In this document: in pieces, positions 18,944-28,027 of the stretch | Layout of the letters: each line of letters opens with the position of its first letter | Position numbering within the stretch: the stretch's first letter is position 1 | Assembly: GCA_048886185.1 (NCBI GenBank) | Contig: JBHLKY010000001.1 | Location: 90,001-122,000, forward strand | From: Candidatus Hermodarchaeota archaeon | GTDB lineage: Archaea > Asgardarchaeota > Heimdallarchaeia > Hodarchaeales > Hodarchaeaceae | DNA length: 32,000 nt | Direction of reading: 5' to 3' | Made by a program: the position numbers and the translations under genes | Notes under the pieces: generated by a model | Seen by the model: only the letters and a program-made list of their open reading frames with translations | Told to the model about the DNA's origin: nothing | Database searches by the model: none

Positions 18944-19017
18944 GTGATTAAGGGCCCAAAAAATACTAAAAGATGAGTTTTAACTGTAAAAGGGAGGAAA
19001 GGAGATAGATGTTAAAA

Positions 19018-21984
19018 TTATGGCTTCTCTAAACCATAAGCATCTCGAAGAACTTGAGTAGGATGATATACCTCTTTATTAACATTGAGGAGTTGTAGCT
19101 TACATGTTGGACAATCGGTGACTAGAACATCAATATCGTCTCTTTTTCCTTCAGGGTATAGACTTCTTTCAGCAATCATTTGACCGTATTTATAGTTCTT
19201 TGACTTAAAACCCCAGGAACCTAATTGACCACAGCATTCTGTTTTAAGTGGAACTAGATCAATACTTTTGACATTCTTTAACATATTTACTGATATTCCT
19301 TTGCTTCCTGTACTGAGAAGATGACAGGGCTCATGATAGCCAAAGCGAAGCTTCTTTTCTGTTGTTTCATTGAAGTTTGTGTCCAAACTACCCTCTTTTT
19401 TCAGTTTTAAAATGTAATCGGAAAAGAAATAGGTATTGTCTTTTACTAACTTTGAATCATCAGTACCGACGAGAGTTTCGTGTAACTCATCTTTAAGAGT
19501 TGCATAACAAGAGCTACATTGAGTTACTACATCATATCCTTGTTTAACATATTCAGCAAAGGTGTCTGTATTCTTTTCTCCCTTTTTTCTGGCAACTTGG
19601 CCGAGTCCATTAGAAAGTAACGGAATCCCACAACAGTATTGCTTATTTGGCACAACAACTTCAATGTTGTTCTTCTCAAGAACTTGAACCTCTGCGATAG
19701 CAATATCTGTGTTTTCTGTATAATTAGCGAAACATCCGTGGAAAATTGCGACTTTCTTTGTTGGATTTATTGGGGGTGGATTAGTTTTTCGATATTTTTT
19801 GAACCATTTTTGGAATGTATTTCTACGGAATTTTGGAAAGTTTGAATCATGATGAACTCCTCCAAAGAGTTGCATCAAATACTTATTTGGTCCCCAAAGT
19901 CCTATATTTGATAGAGGTGCAAAAGTACTTCCTAATCGTGCAATCATCTCATAATTACCAGTGAAATAATGCCCTCTTGGAATTTTTCCAATATAAGGTA
20001 ACTTTGAGTTTTTATAATGCATGATTTTTGCATCAAAAATTGTTTTAGGTATATTAACTTCAGATGGACAATCAACAACGCACATCATGCATCCTGCACA
20101 GTCTTCTAACACTTGTCTGGCTTCTTTTGAATATAAAATGTTATAATCTAGTTGACCTGACATAATACCTCTCATTAGGTTTGCTCTAGCCCTAGGTGAT
20201 GCCAACTCACCAGTACTTGTCTTTTTTGCTCGATAAATCGGACAATCTCTTTGAGGTAGTAATTCTACAGTGCATTTGCCACATCCGTGACATGATTCGA
20301 TCACATCTTCGAATCCCCACTCCTCTGGCCAAAGTAAGTTTGTTTTCATATCTAAAGTTGCGTAATCTCCCCCAAAACGAAGATTCTTTATTATAAGATC
20401 TTCTTCATCAGTAATCTTCTTACCTGGGTTGAGGATTCCTTTTGGATCAAAGAGGGACTTAATTTTCTTGAAAACCTCATAAACTTCATCTCCATACATC
20501 TTTTCGATAAAGTTGACTCGATCAAGGCCATCATTATGTTCACCTGAAACAGCTCCTCCTATACTGATAACATAAGAATTTACTTCTTCTGCTACAGCTT
20601 TTATGATTTCTAAATCTTTTACGTCTTTTGTATTTACAAAAGGTCGAGTATGAACAAGTCCTTTGGATGCATGACCGTATATAGCTGCTTGAATTCCGTG
20701 TTTTGGGAACACTTCTTCTTGTAACTTTGTCATATAGTGTCCAAGGTATTCAAGGGGAACTGTTTGGTCTTCAACAAACGCCATAATTCGACGAGGCTCC
20801 CGAACTTTCTGGAGTAATGGTACAGCATCCTTTCTGACTTTCCAAAGGTTTGCTTGTTCAACAGGATCATCAGAAAACCTCATGTCTTTAGCGAGTTTTT
20901 CTTGTTCCATAATCAGTTTTCTTGTTTTTTCAACTTTTTCAGCTCGGATTTTTTCATCTTGTTCGTCAAATTCAATGTAAAGGATATTATCCACACCTTC
21001 AGGAATAAACTGCTTTAATGAAGGATCCATTTCAACTCCAAAATCAAGTACGCTTTTACCAAGAACTTCAATAGCAGCTACTCCTATCTGATTAACAATT
21101 AACTCTACAGCTCTTCCTGAATCAGCAAGATTGTCAAAATCCATGACCACTAATGTTAAATTTTTCGGTTTGTCAATAAACTTGAGTTTGGCTTCTACAA
21201 CAACTCCTAATGTTGCTTCCGATCCTAAAAATGCTTTTGATAAGTCAACCATGTTATCTGTTATCATATCCTTTATATTATAACCAGTTACATTCATCTT
21301 AACCTTAGGCCATTTCTCCGAAATAAGATTTTGCACCTTTGGATTATCTATTAATTCTACTACTGATTTATACAGCTTTGCTTCCAGTGTATCCTTAGTA
21401 ATAATTGTATTATATTCATCTGAGCCGATTTCAATTGGCCTTGTTGTAATTTCTTCCCCGTTACTTAAAATCACAGTTAATCCTTCAACAAAATCAGCCA
21501 TATATCCATACTTTGCTGCATGCGCTCCTGATGAATTTGTTCCTATCATACCTCCAATAGAAGCATAATTTTCTGAAGAATTATCAACATAAACGATTTT
21601 CCCGATCTTTGCTAATTCATGATTCAAATTTCCACATATTACTCCAGGTTGGACCATTGTATATGATTTTTCCTTGTTAATTTCAAGAATGCTGTTCATG
21701 TACCTTCTAAAGGCAAGCACAATTCCGGGTCCTAAACTTGAACCTGTTAATCCAGATCCAGCTCCTCTTGCGTGAATTGGGATCCCTTTCTCGCGAGCAT
21801 ATCGGATTACGTTCTTTACATCTTCTTTATCTTTCGGATAAACCACACACGAAGGGACAATTCTATAAACACTAGCATCAGTGCTAAAAAAGTTACGAGT
21901 AATTTCATCACTTGCTACATCTCCTTTCACCCTCGTCTTTAGTTCCATTTCAATCATTTTTGGTTCGAGCTTATTCGTAGGCAT
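19018..21984 (-). CDS. FAD-linked, Fe-S-containing D-2-hydroxyacid dehydrogenase (GlcD+GlcF fusion, YdiJ/Dld-II-like)
   Basis: STDASVY, RGAGSGLTG, SIGGMIGTN, GSEATLG, VEDQTVP, HASKGLVHTRP, SGEHNDG, LNPGK; ferredoxin motifs CHGCGKC and CAGCMMCVVDCP; two CCG domains. Confidence 0.87.
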   Translation of the reverse strand: MPTNKLEPKMIEMELKTRVKGDVASDEITRNFFSTDASVYRIVPSCVVYPKDKEDVKNVIRYAREKGIPIHARGAGSGLTGSSLGPGIVLAFRRYMNSILEINKEKSYTMVQPGVICGNLNHELAKIGKIVYVDNSSENYASIGGMIGTNSSGAHAAKYGYMADFVEGLTVILSNGEEITTRPIEIGSDEYNTIITKDTLEAKLYKSVVELIDNPKVQNLISEKWPKVKMNVTGYNIKDMITDNMVDLSKAFLGSEATLGVVVEAKLKFIDKPKNLTLVVMDFDNLADSGRAVELIVNQIGVAAIEVLGKSVLDFGVEMDPSLKQFIPEGVDNILYIEFDEQDEKIRAEKVEKTRKLIMEQEKLAKDMRFSDDPVEQANLWKVRKDAVPLLQKVREPRRIMAFVEDQTVPLEYLGHYMTKLQEEVFPKHGIQAAIYGHASKGLVHTRPFVNTKDVKDLEIIKAVAEEVNSYVISIGGAVSGEHNDGLDRVNFIEKMYGDEVYEVFKKIKSLFDPKGILNPGKKITDEEDLIIKNLRFGGDYATLDMKTNLLWPEEWGFEDVIESCHGCGKCTVELLPQRDCPIYRAKKTSTGELASPRARANLMRGIMSGQLDYNILYSKEARQVLEDCAGCMMCVVDCPSEVNIPKTIFDAKIMHYKNSKLPYIGKIPRGHYFTGNYEMIARLGSTFAPLSNIGLWGPNKYLMQLFGGVHHDSNFPKFRRNTFQKWFKKYRKTNPPPINPTKKVAIFHGCFANYTENTDIAIAEVQVLEKNNIEVVVPNKQYCCGIPLLSNGLGQVARKKGEKNTDTFAEYVKQGYDVVTQCSSCYATLKDELHETLVGTDDSKLVKDNTYFFSDYILKLKKEGSLDTNFNETTEKKLRFGYHEPCHLLSTGSKGISVNMLKNVKSIDLVPLKTECCGQLGSWGFKSKNYKYGQMIAERSLYPEGKRDDIDVLVTDCPTCKLQLLNVNKEVYHPTQVLRDAYGLEKP

Positions 21985-22289
21985 AGTTATTCACTTTCTT
22001 TTTTTCAGAAAAAGCCATGGACTGATAATTATTATTCATACTAAGGTTTTGAACTTCCATTAAAAACTCTAACGCTCAGAAACAAGGAAATTGTCATTAA
22101 CTATTGTTAAAGAGATAAAAATACAAAATAACCATATTATGTCCGAAGAAATATTAAGTAATAATATTGAATTAAAAACTATTGACTTTGAACCAAAGAG
22201 TAAAAGGATTAATATTAATTAACACAGAGATATTCTTAAGTATTAATTAGTTTACAAATAGTCTATCTATTTCTTTAAGGTGGTTTTTA

Positions 22290-24206
22290 CTGTATCAACC
22301 AATCGAAACTGATGAACCCAAAATAACTACACCTGATTTAGCTCTTTCTCACATAAAACCAGGTGATCGGATTTTTGTAGGAACAGGATGTTCTCAACCC
22401 CGACTATTAATGCTTCATCTTTCTAACATGGAAACACAAACAGAGGATAATGAAATTTATCATGTAATTTCTCTTGGTTCCGCTCCTTATGTCAAGGATC
22501 AGTATAAGAGGCGATTTCGTTACAATAGTTTCTTTATTACAAACAATGTAAGAGAAGCTGTGAGAACAGGGCAAGCTGATTATACTCCGGTATCCACTAA
22601 AAGATTGCCTGAATTATTTGATAAAAAAATACTTCCTATTGATGTTGCTTTAATTCAAACTTCTATGCCAAATGAATCGGGGGATGTGAGTTTAGGGATC
22701 AGTGTTGATATAACTAAATCTGCTGTAAAAAATGCTCGATTGGTAATTGCTGAAATTAATCCAGAAATGCCTGTAACGCATGGAGATAGCCTTATTCATA
22801 CCTCTGAGATTAACTTTATGGTCGAAAATCATGCACCACTACAAGAATGGATACCACCTAAGACAACACCCCAAATTGAGCATGTGGCTAGAAATATTGC
22901 CACTTTAATAGAGGATGGTTCAACACTTCAATTTGGTGTCGGTAAAGTACCAAATGCTGTTCCCAAATATCTTTTAAATCGAAAAGACTTAGGTATCCAT
23001 TCTGAAATGATTACTGATTGTGTTTTAGATCTAATGGAGGCTGAAGTGGTAACAAATGAAAAGAAAACCATTCATAAAGGAGAAACAGTGGCAACATTTT
23101 GCATTGGGACTCAAAGGTTGTACAGTGCCATTGATAACAATCCAAAATTTAAGTTTTATTCTTCAGATTATGTTTTAGATCCTGATGTGATTGCTAAAAA
23201 TCCTAGAATGGTAACAATAAATTCTGCCTTGGAAATTGACTTGACTGGACAAGTAGCAGCTGACAGTTTAGGACATTATCTATATAGTGGTATTGGAGGA
23301 GCAGTGGATCTACATAGGGGAGCTTTAAGATCAAAAGGGGGAAAATTAATTATCGCATTTCCAGCTACATCGAGAGATGGGAAATATTCTCGAATTGTAT
23401 CTCATCTGTCACCAGGGGCAGGTGTTGCCATCACAAGAGCAGATATTGAGTATGTTGTTACCGAGTATGGTATAGCTTACCTTCATGGGGCTACTTTAAG
23501 AGAACGTGTTCTTTCGATGATTGAATTAGCGCATCCAAAATTTCGTAAAGATCTGTTATTAAAAGCCAAGGAATTCGGATATTGTTATCAAGATCAAATA
23601 TATAATCATCCCGCAGAATTTATGCAATACCCACTAGATCGTCAAGAATATTATACATTAAAAAAAGGTCCCACTGTTCGTGTTCGGCCAATCCTTACAA
23701 GTGATGAAAATAAACTAAGAACATTCTTTTATTCACTATCTGATCAAAGTAGATATTCAAGATATTTCAGTGCAATTAGGGCTCTCCCTCATGAATTGGC
23801 ACAGAAAGAAGCAAATATTGATTTTTTCAGGGATATGGGTATTGCAGCTTTTTTGGGGCCTATATCAACGGAAAAAATTATAGGAACTGGTCATTTTTAT
23901 ATTTTAAGAGATAATCATACTGCTGAAATTTCGTTATTAGTTCATGAAAAATTCCGAAATAAAGGCCTTGCTAGGTTCTTTCTTTACTTTCTTACTAGAG
24001 AAGCACGCGAACGGGGAATTACAACATTTGTGACTGAATTGGTAATCGGTAATCGTGCTGCGATTCATTTGTTAAAAGATTTTGCTGCACATGGCTTAGC
24101 AGAAAATCCAAGGATAGAAACAGAGGATGAAGTAACGATTCTTTCATGGGATATTCCATGGGATTGGTATAGATGGTGGATACAATATGAAAAGAAAAGA
24201 CTATAG
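22290..24206 (+). CDS. Acetyl-CoA hydrolase/transferase domain fused to a Pat-like GNAT acetyltransferase; inferred CTG start
   Basis: HIKPGDRIFVGTGCSQP lies in frame upstream of the track's ATG. TLQFGVG, LGIHSEM (catalytic Glu), SGIGG, VVTEYG; C-terminal GNAT motifs SRYSRYF, AEISLLV, FRNKGLA. Confidence 0.85.
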   Translation: MYQPIETDEPKITTPDLALSHIKPGDRIFVGTGCSQPRLLMLHLSNMETQTEDNEIYHVISLGSAPYVKDQYKRRFRYNSFFITNNVREAVRTGQADYTPVSTKRLPELFDKKILPIDVALIQTSMPNESGDVSLGISVDITKSAVKNARLVIAEINPEMPVTHGDSLIHTSEINFMVENHAPLQEWIPPKTTPQIEHVARNIATLIEDGSTLQFGVGKVPNAVPKYLLNRKDLGIHSEMITDCVLDLMEAEVVTNEKKTIHKGETVATFCIGTQRLYSAIDNNPKFKFYSSDYVLDPDVIAKNPRMVTINSALEIDLTGQVAADSLGHYLYSGIGGAVDLHRGALRSKGGKLIIAFPATSRDGKYSRIVSHLSPGAGVAITRADIEYVVTEYGIAYLHGATLRERVLSMIELAHPKFRKDLLLKAKEFGYCYQDQIYNHPAEFMQYPLDRQEYYTLKKGPTVRVRPILTSDENKLRTFFYSLSDQSRYSRYFSAIRALPHELAQKEANIDFFRDMGIAAFLGPISTEKIIGTGHFYILRDNHTAEISLLVHEKFRNKGLARFFLYFLTREARERGITTFVTELVIGNRAAIHLLKDFAAHGLAENPRIETEDEVTILSWDIPWDWYRWWIQYEKKRL

Positions 24207-24404
24207 TTATGTTTATTCAAACATTTCTTGGTTAATGCTAGTTATTTAAACGTAATGTGATTCTCTTATAGAAAAATTTTGTGTAGTCTGGCTGAACAAA
24301 CTACCGTTGAAAGAGTATTAACGCAACTATCCTTACTGGGATATTTCTGAGTTTTCAAATCGTATAGGAAAAAACACTTGGTTATACATTTGAGAAAGAC
24401 TTAT

Positions 24405-25364
24405 TCAAGCTAAAATGAATGCCAATGACATTATAATACCAAAAGTGAAATGAGTAAGGATTGTTGTTGCATTAGCAGGTTGTAACTCTTCAATAAGCAT
24501 ATAATTTCTTTTTGCTATTAAAATGGCTTTTATTGCTAAAGGAATAGTGATAAAAGGTAATAAAAGGAAAATAGGGAAAAATGTACTAATTATTCCTATG
24601 AGAAGGAAAATGTAGGCAAGAATCATGCCTATTATATAGATTCTAACTGCTGAGGTCTTTCCTAATGCAACAACAAGTGTTCTTTTTCCTGCTTCTTGAT
24701 CTGCTTCGCTATCCTGAAATTCATTAAGAAAAAGGACCATTGCAATCAAGAAAGCAATTGGAATAGAAGCCATTAAGCATGTTCCCCAGTTGATGTACCT
24801 TAATTGAATGAAATAAGCACTTAGAACCCCAAGTGGCCCAAATCCGACAAAAACAGCAATTTCTCCTAATCCATGATAACTAAGTTGAATAGGCAGAGCA
24901 GTGTAAAATAGACCTAGTAATATAGCAGTTAGTAAGAAGAATATTAATAATAATCCTCCGGTGTTAATGATTATGAGGAGGGCTGTTAAAATACCAACCA
25001 AATAACAGATAATTGACGCTATCAGAATTTGACGAGGTATAAGAACATTATTTTGAATCATGCGCGACCCACCATTAAAGGGAGAGAAATTCTGATTAAT
25101 ATGATCTGTGGGTTGATCGAAATAGTCATTTATTAAGTTTGTTCCAGCATGAATTGCGACACCAGAAATTAGGGTCAGTAAACCTAATAGAGGATAAAAA
25201 ATTCTAGTTTCATACCAAGCAATAGCCATTCCCAATATTAAGGGAACTACTGAAGCAGTAAAGAAAGGTGCACGGAGAGCTCGAATCCAAGTTAGAGTTC
25301 GAGTCATGAAAGAATGATTTAATGGTGTTTTTGTAGATTCTATGCTAACATTAAGGTCGCTCAT
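24405..25364 (-). CDS. menA: 1,4-dihydroxy-2-naphthoate prenyltransferase (UbiA superfamily)
   Basis: ALRAPFFTASVVP, NLINDYFD, GGSR, GLGEIAVF, LNEFQDSEADQEAGKRTL. AGGTGA upstream of the ATG at 25364. Confidence 0.9.
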   Translation of the reverse strand: MSDLNVSIESTKTPLNHSFMTRTLTWIRALRAPFFTASVVPLILGMAIAWYETRIFYPLLGLLTLISGVAIHAGTNLINDYFDQPTDHINQNFSPFNGGSRMIQNNVLIPRQILIASIICYLVGILTALLIIINTGGLLLIFFLLTAILLGLFYTALPIQLSYHGLGEIAVFVGFGPLGVLSAYFIQLRYINWGTCLMASIPIAFLIAMVLFLNEFQDSEADQEAGKRTLVVALGKTSAVRIYIIGMILAYIFLLIGIISTFFPIFLLLPFITIPLAIKAILIAKRNYMLIEELQPANATTILTHFTFGIIMSLAFILA

Positions 25365-25441
25365 TGTAATAAAGTCACCTGATGAGATTATAGATGTAAT
25401 AAGTTTCATGCAGAGATTTAAGAAAAGACTTGATAATTCCC

Positions 25442-25458
25442 CGTTTACGATGTAAACG
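25442..25458. promoter_or_regulatory. Perfect 7-3-7 inverted repeat in the divergent menA/RHH promoter (candidate operator)
   Basis: CGTTTAC-GAT-GTAAACG, ending 18 nt before the RHH ATG. Confidence 0.5.
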
Positions 25459-25476
25459 ATAGCGAGAGATTTCTAA

Positions 25477-25683
25477 ATGCCACGAACGACAGTATTATCT
25501 ATAAGAATAAATCGAAAAACTAGAGAAATTCTTGAAAACAACGCTAGGATTTTAAACTTGAAAGTTAGTGTCCTAGCTGCAAGAGTTCTAGAAGAAAGAA
25601 CAGAGGCTTGGGCGAAAGAGTATGCAGCTAGGATTTATCATCAGCTCGGACTTGATGAGAAAAATTCCGAGGGGTATTACTAA
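25477..25683 (+). CDS. Putative ribbon-helix-helix DNA-binding protein
   Basis: Alternating strand TTVLSIRI, helix RKTREILENNARIL, turn, helix VSVLAARVLEE; 68 aa. Confidence 0.7.
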   Translation: MPRTTVLSIRINRKTREILENNARILNLKVSVLAARVLEERTEAWAKEYAARIYHQLGLDEKNSEGYY

Positions 25684-26462
25684 TGGTTGCTTTGCTAGAA
25701 CTTTTCATTCTTGCTTTTCCCTTATTTATTACTGCTTGTTTATCTTTTCTTAACTTCCTTGTATTTTTCAGGAATTATCGTCAGAAAGAAGAAAAGACTT
25801 TGTTGCATATAGCAATAACCTTTTTTTCGGGCACTATAATCTTTACTCTTCTATTTATGACTGTTTTTCTCCCCCAATCCATGCAGCTCCAGTTTTTCTT
25901 AATAACAAATGTGATGGTATGGTTCCTCTTTCTTGAAGTAGGGAATTCTTACTTATCAGCTTTTCTTAACCTATCAAAGGAAATTGAATGGTATTTGTTA
26001 CCTATATTTGGTGCAGCAATTGGTTCAGCAACACTCGTTGCAGTAAAACCAGATATTTACCTTGTGATAATTTCTCTAAATATAGAACTAATTGTATACT
26101 TAATAGCGATAATTTCTCTTCTATATATTTTTATGAGGGCGATTATTCGAATAAATTCTGTCCTTGGTCAATTTGAAGGAGAAGAGCTTAAACTTTTGGA
26201 ATTAACACAGCAAACATTTTTCTTAGGCATGTTTTGTATCGGATTTACTTTTATTACTTGTTTTGCGTGGTTAGTGGTTAAGGGAGTTCAAAATTTGTCC
26301 CTAGAAGTAGCAACTTGGGAAATAATAGACTGGATAACTTATCTAAATTTACCAATGTATGCAGGAATCTTATTCAGTGCTTTACTTCGATCATTAAAGA
26401 TTGATTTTGAGCAGATAGACGTTCCTACGATTCTTAATGTGATTGATTCTCCCCCAGAGTAG
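25683..26462 (+). CDS. Uncharacterised multi-pass membrane protein, about 7 TM helices
   Basis: Seven hydrophobic stretches by eye; TAATG stop/start overlap with the RHH gene. Confidence 0.8.
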   Translation: MVALLELFILAFPLFITACLSFLNFLVFFRNYRQKEEKTLLHIAITFFSGTIIFTLLFMTVFLPQSMQLQFFLITNVMVWFLFLEVGNSYLSAFLNLSKEIEWYLLPIFGAAIGSATLVAVKPDIYLVIISLNIELIVYLIAIISLLYIFMRAIIRINSVLGQFEGEELKLLELTQQTFFLGMFCIGFTFITCFAWLVVKGVQNLSLEVATWEIIDWITYLNLPMYAGILFSALLRSLKIDFEQIDVPTILNVIDSPPE

Positions 26463-26564
26463 ATAGGTTTCTAGAATTTTCTGTGGTGAAAAATAGAGAA
26501 CAAAATTTAAATCCTGAGAAGAAGAACATTAATATGATTAAATAAGTAGATGTAGTTGTCCTAG

Positions 26565-26822
26565 ATGTGTTTAGCAATTCCTGCGCAAGTAAAAAAATTT
26601 ATTGACAACAATCTCATTATAGCTGATTTTGGAAAAGGAGTTTATCGTGAGGTTAGTATTGCACTGATGCCAGAAAAGATTTCAGTAGGGGATTGGATTT
26701 TAATTCATACAGGTTATGCTGTTTCTAAAATGGAGCCAGAAGAAGCCAAAGAAACGTTGGCTATGTGGGAAGAAATATGGAAACTTGAGGAAAAAGAAAA
26801 ATCAACAACATCTAAACTATAA
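26565..26822 (+). CDS. hypC: [NiFe]-hydrogenase maturation chaperone HypC
   Basis: N-terminal MCLAIP, VGDWILIHTGYA, EEAKETL. Confidence 0.95.
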   Translation: MCLAIPAQVKKFIDNNLIIADFGKGVYREVSIALMPEKISVGDWILIHTGYAVSKMEPEEAKETLAMWEEIWKLEEKEKSTTSKL

Positions 26823-26832
26823 TGTGAATTTT

Positions 26833-27879
26833 TTAACAAACTCTAGGAATCGGTTCACCAACAGGTTTATCAAGAATTCGATGCCCACCAATAGTCGTTT
26901 TCATGAATACTTTCCTTATTCTATCCTTTCGCGCCTCCCCAATAATTGCAGCATTCTGGCCTAGTGGAGAGGATTTCAATATAGATAGAATTGTTTCAGC
27001 ATCTTCTGGATGAACTGCAATAATTGCTTTCCCTTCACAAGAGACATTCAATGGATCAATCCCAAAAATTTCTGATATTATGTGAACATCTTCGGAAATA
27101 GGAATTTTGCTCTCATCTATCCAGATAGAAACAGATGATTTCTCTGCCCATTCTGTTAGGACTGAAGTTAAACCTCCTCGTGTTGGATCCTTCATTGCAT
27201 GAATACGATATTTGAGAATGGGCAAAATCAATGAGTTTAGAGGTGCCACATCTGAACAAAGTGTTGTCTCAAGCTCAATTCCTTCTCGACTTACTAACAT
27301 AGCAAATCCGTGATCTCCCAAAGTACCTGAAGCTATGATCTTGTCACCTACCTGTACTGAACTATCAGTGATACGCTTTCCTGATGAAATTACGCCAATT
27401 CCAGTAGTATTAATGAGAATTCCTGCTTCAGTTAGTGTATGTCGGGGCATGACTTTAGTGTCACCTGCTACAATTCCAATATCATATTTTGTTGTTATTT
27501 CGGAAATTGTATCAATAATCATGGCTAATCTAGAGAATTTAAATCCTTCTTTGATGATTAATGCTAAGGTAATTGCGATAGGTGTTGCGCCCATCATTAA
27601 TAAGTCGTTTATTGTTCCTGCTGCTGCCAATGTCCCAATATTACCACCTCGGAAGAAAAGAGGAGAAACAGTGTAAGAATCAGTGGTTATAACTAAATCA
27701 GTTAAAGATCCATCAATTGGAATGATAGCCCCATCATCAAAAGCCTCTACTCCAATCCCATTAGGGACTTTCTTAATCTTTATTCTCTTAGTAATAAAAT
27801 CTAATAAAATATCCATTTTCTTCCCTCCCTGTCCCATGTCCAATTCCACAATTCTGTTATCATCTGCGCTTTTTGACAT
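26833..27879 (-). CDS. hypE: Hydrogenase maturation carbamoyl dehydratase HypE
   Basis: TTDSYTVSPLFFRGGNIG, GTINDLLMMGA, AGDTKV, GTLGDHG, MKDPTRGG, CEGK, C-terminal GEPIPRVC. Confidence 0.94.
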   Translation of the reverse strand: MSKSADDNRIVELDMGQGGKKMDILLDFITKRIKIKKVPNGIGVEAFDDGAIIPIDGSLTDLVITTDSYTVSPLFFRGGNIGTLAAAGTINDLLMMGATPIAITLALIIKEGFKFSRLAMIIDTISEITTKYDIGIVAGDTKVMPRHTLTEAGILINTTGIGVISSGKRITDSSVQVGDKIIASGTLGDHGFAMLVSREGIELETTLCSDVAPLNSLILPILKYRIHAMKDPTRGGLTSVLTEWAEKSSVSIWIDESKIPISEDVHIISEIFGIDPLNVSCEGKAIIAVHPEDAETILSILKSSPLGQNAAIIGEARKDRIRKVFMKTTIGGHRILDKPVGEPIPRVC

Positions 27880-28027
27880 GTTTTTCAACTCATAATTTGA
27901 TTAAAGTCTCATGTGGGGTCTGATGGGCTATGATTGGATGTATGTAGAGTATTTATCTAGCCTTTGGATGAAGAAAACCACTTTTAGCTTGTCTTGAAAT
28001 CATAAATAAATAGGAGACTATGAATGA

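Noticed and set aside
25683-26462. 7-TM protein as a rhodopsin (schizo- or heliorhodopsin)
   Set aside because: No Lys in the seventh helix for retinal attachment and no rhodopsin helix C motifs.
26716-26964. 82-aa ORF spanning the hypC/hypE junction
   Set aside because: Overlaps two bona fide genes; no motif.
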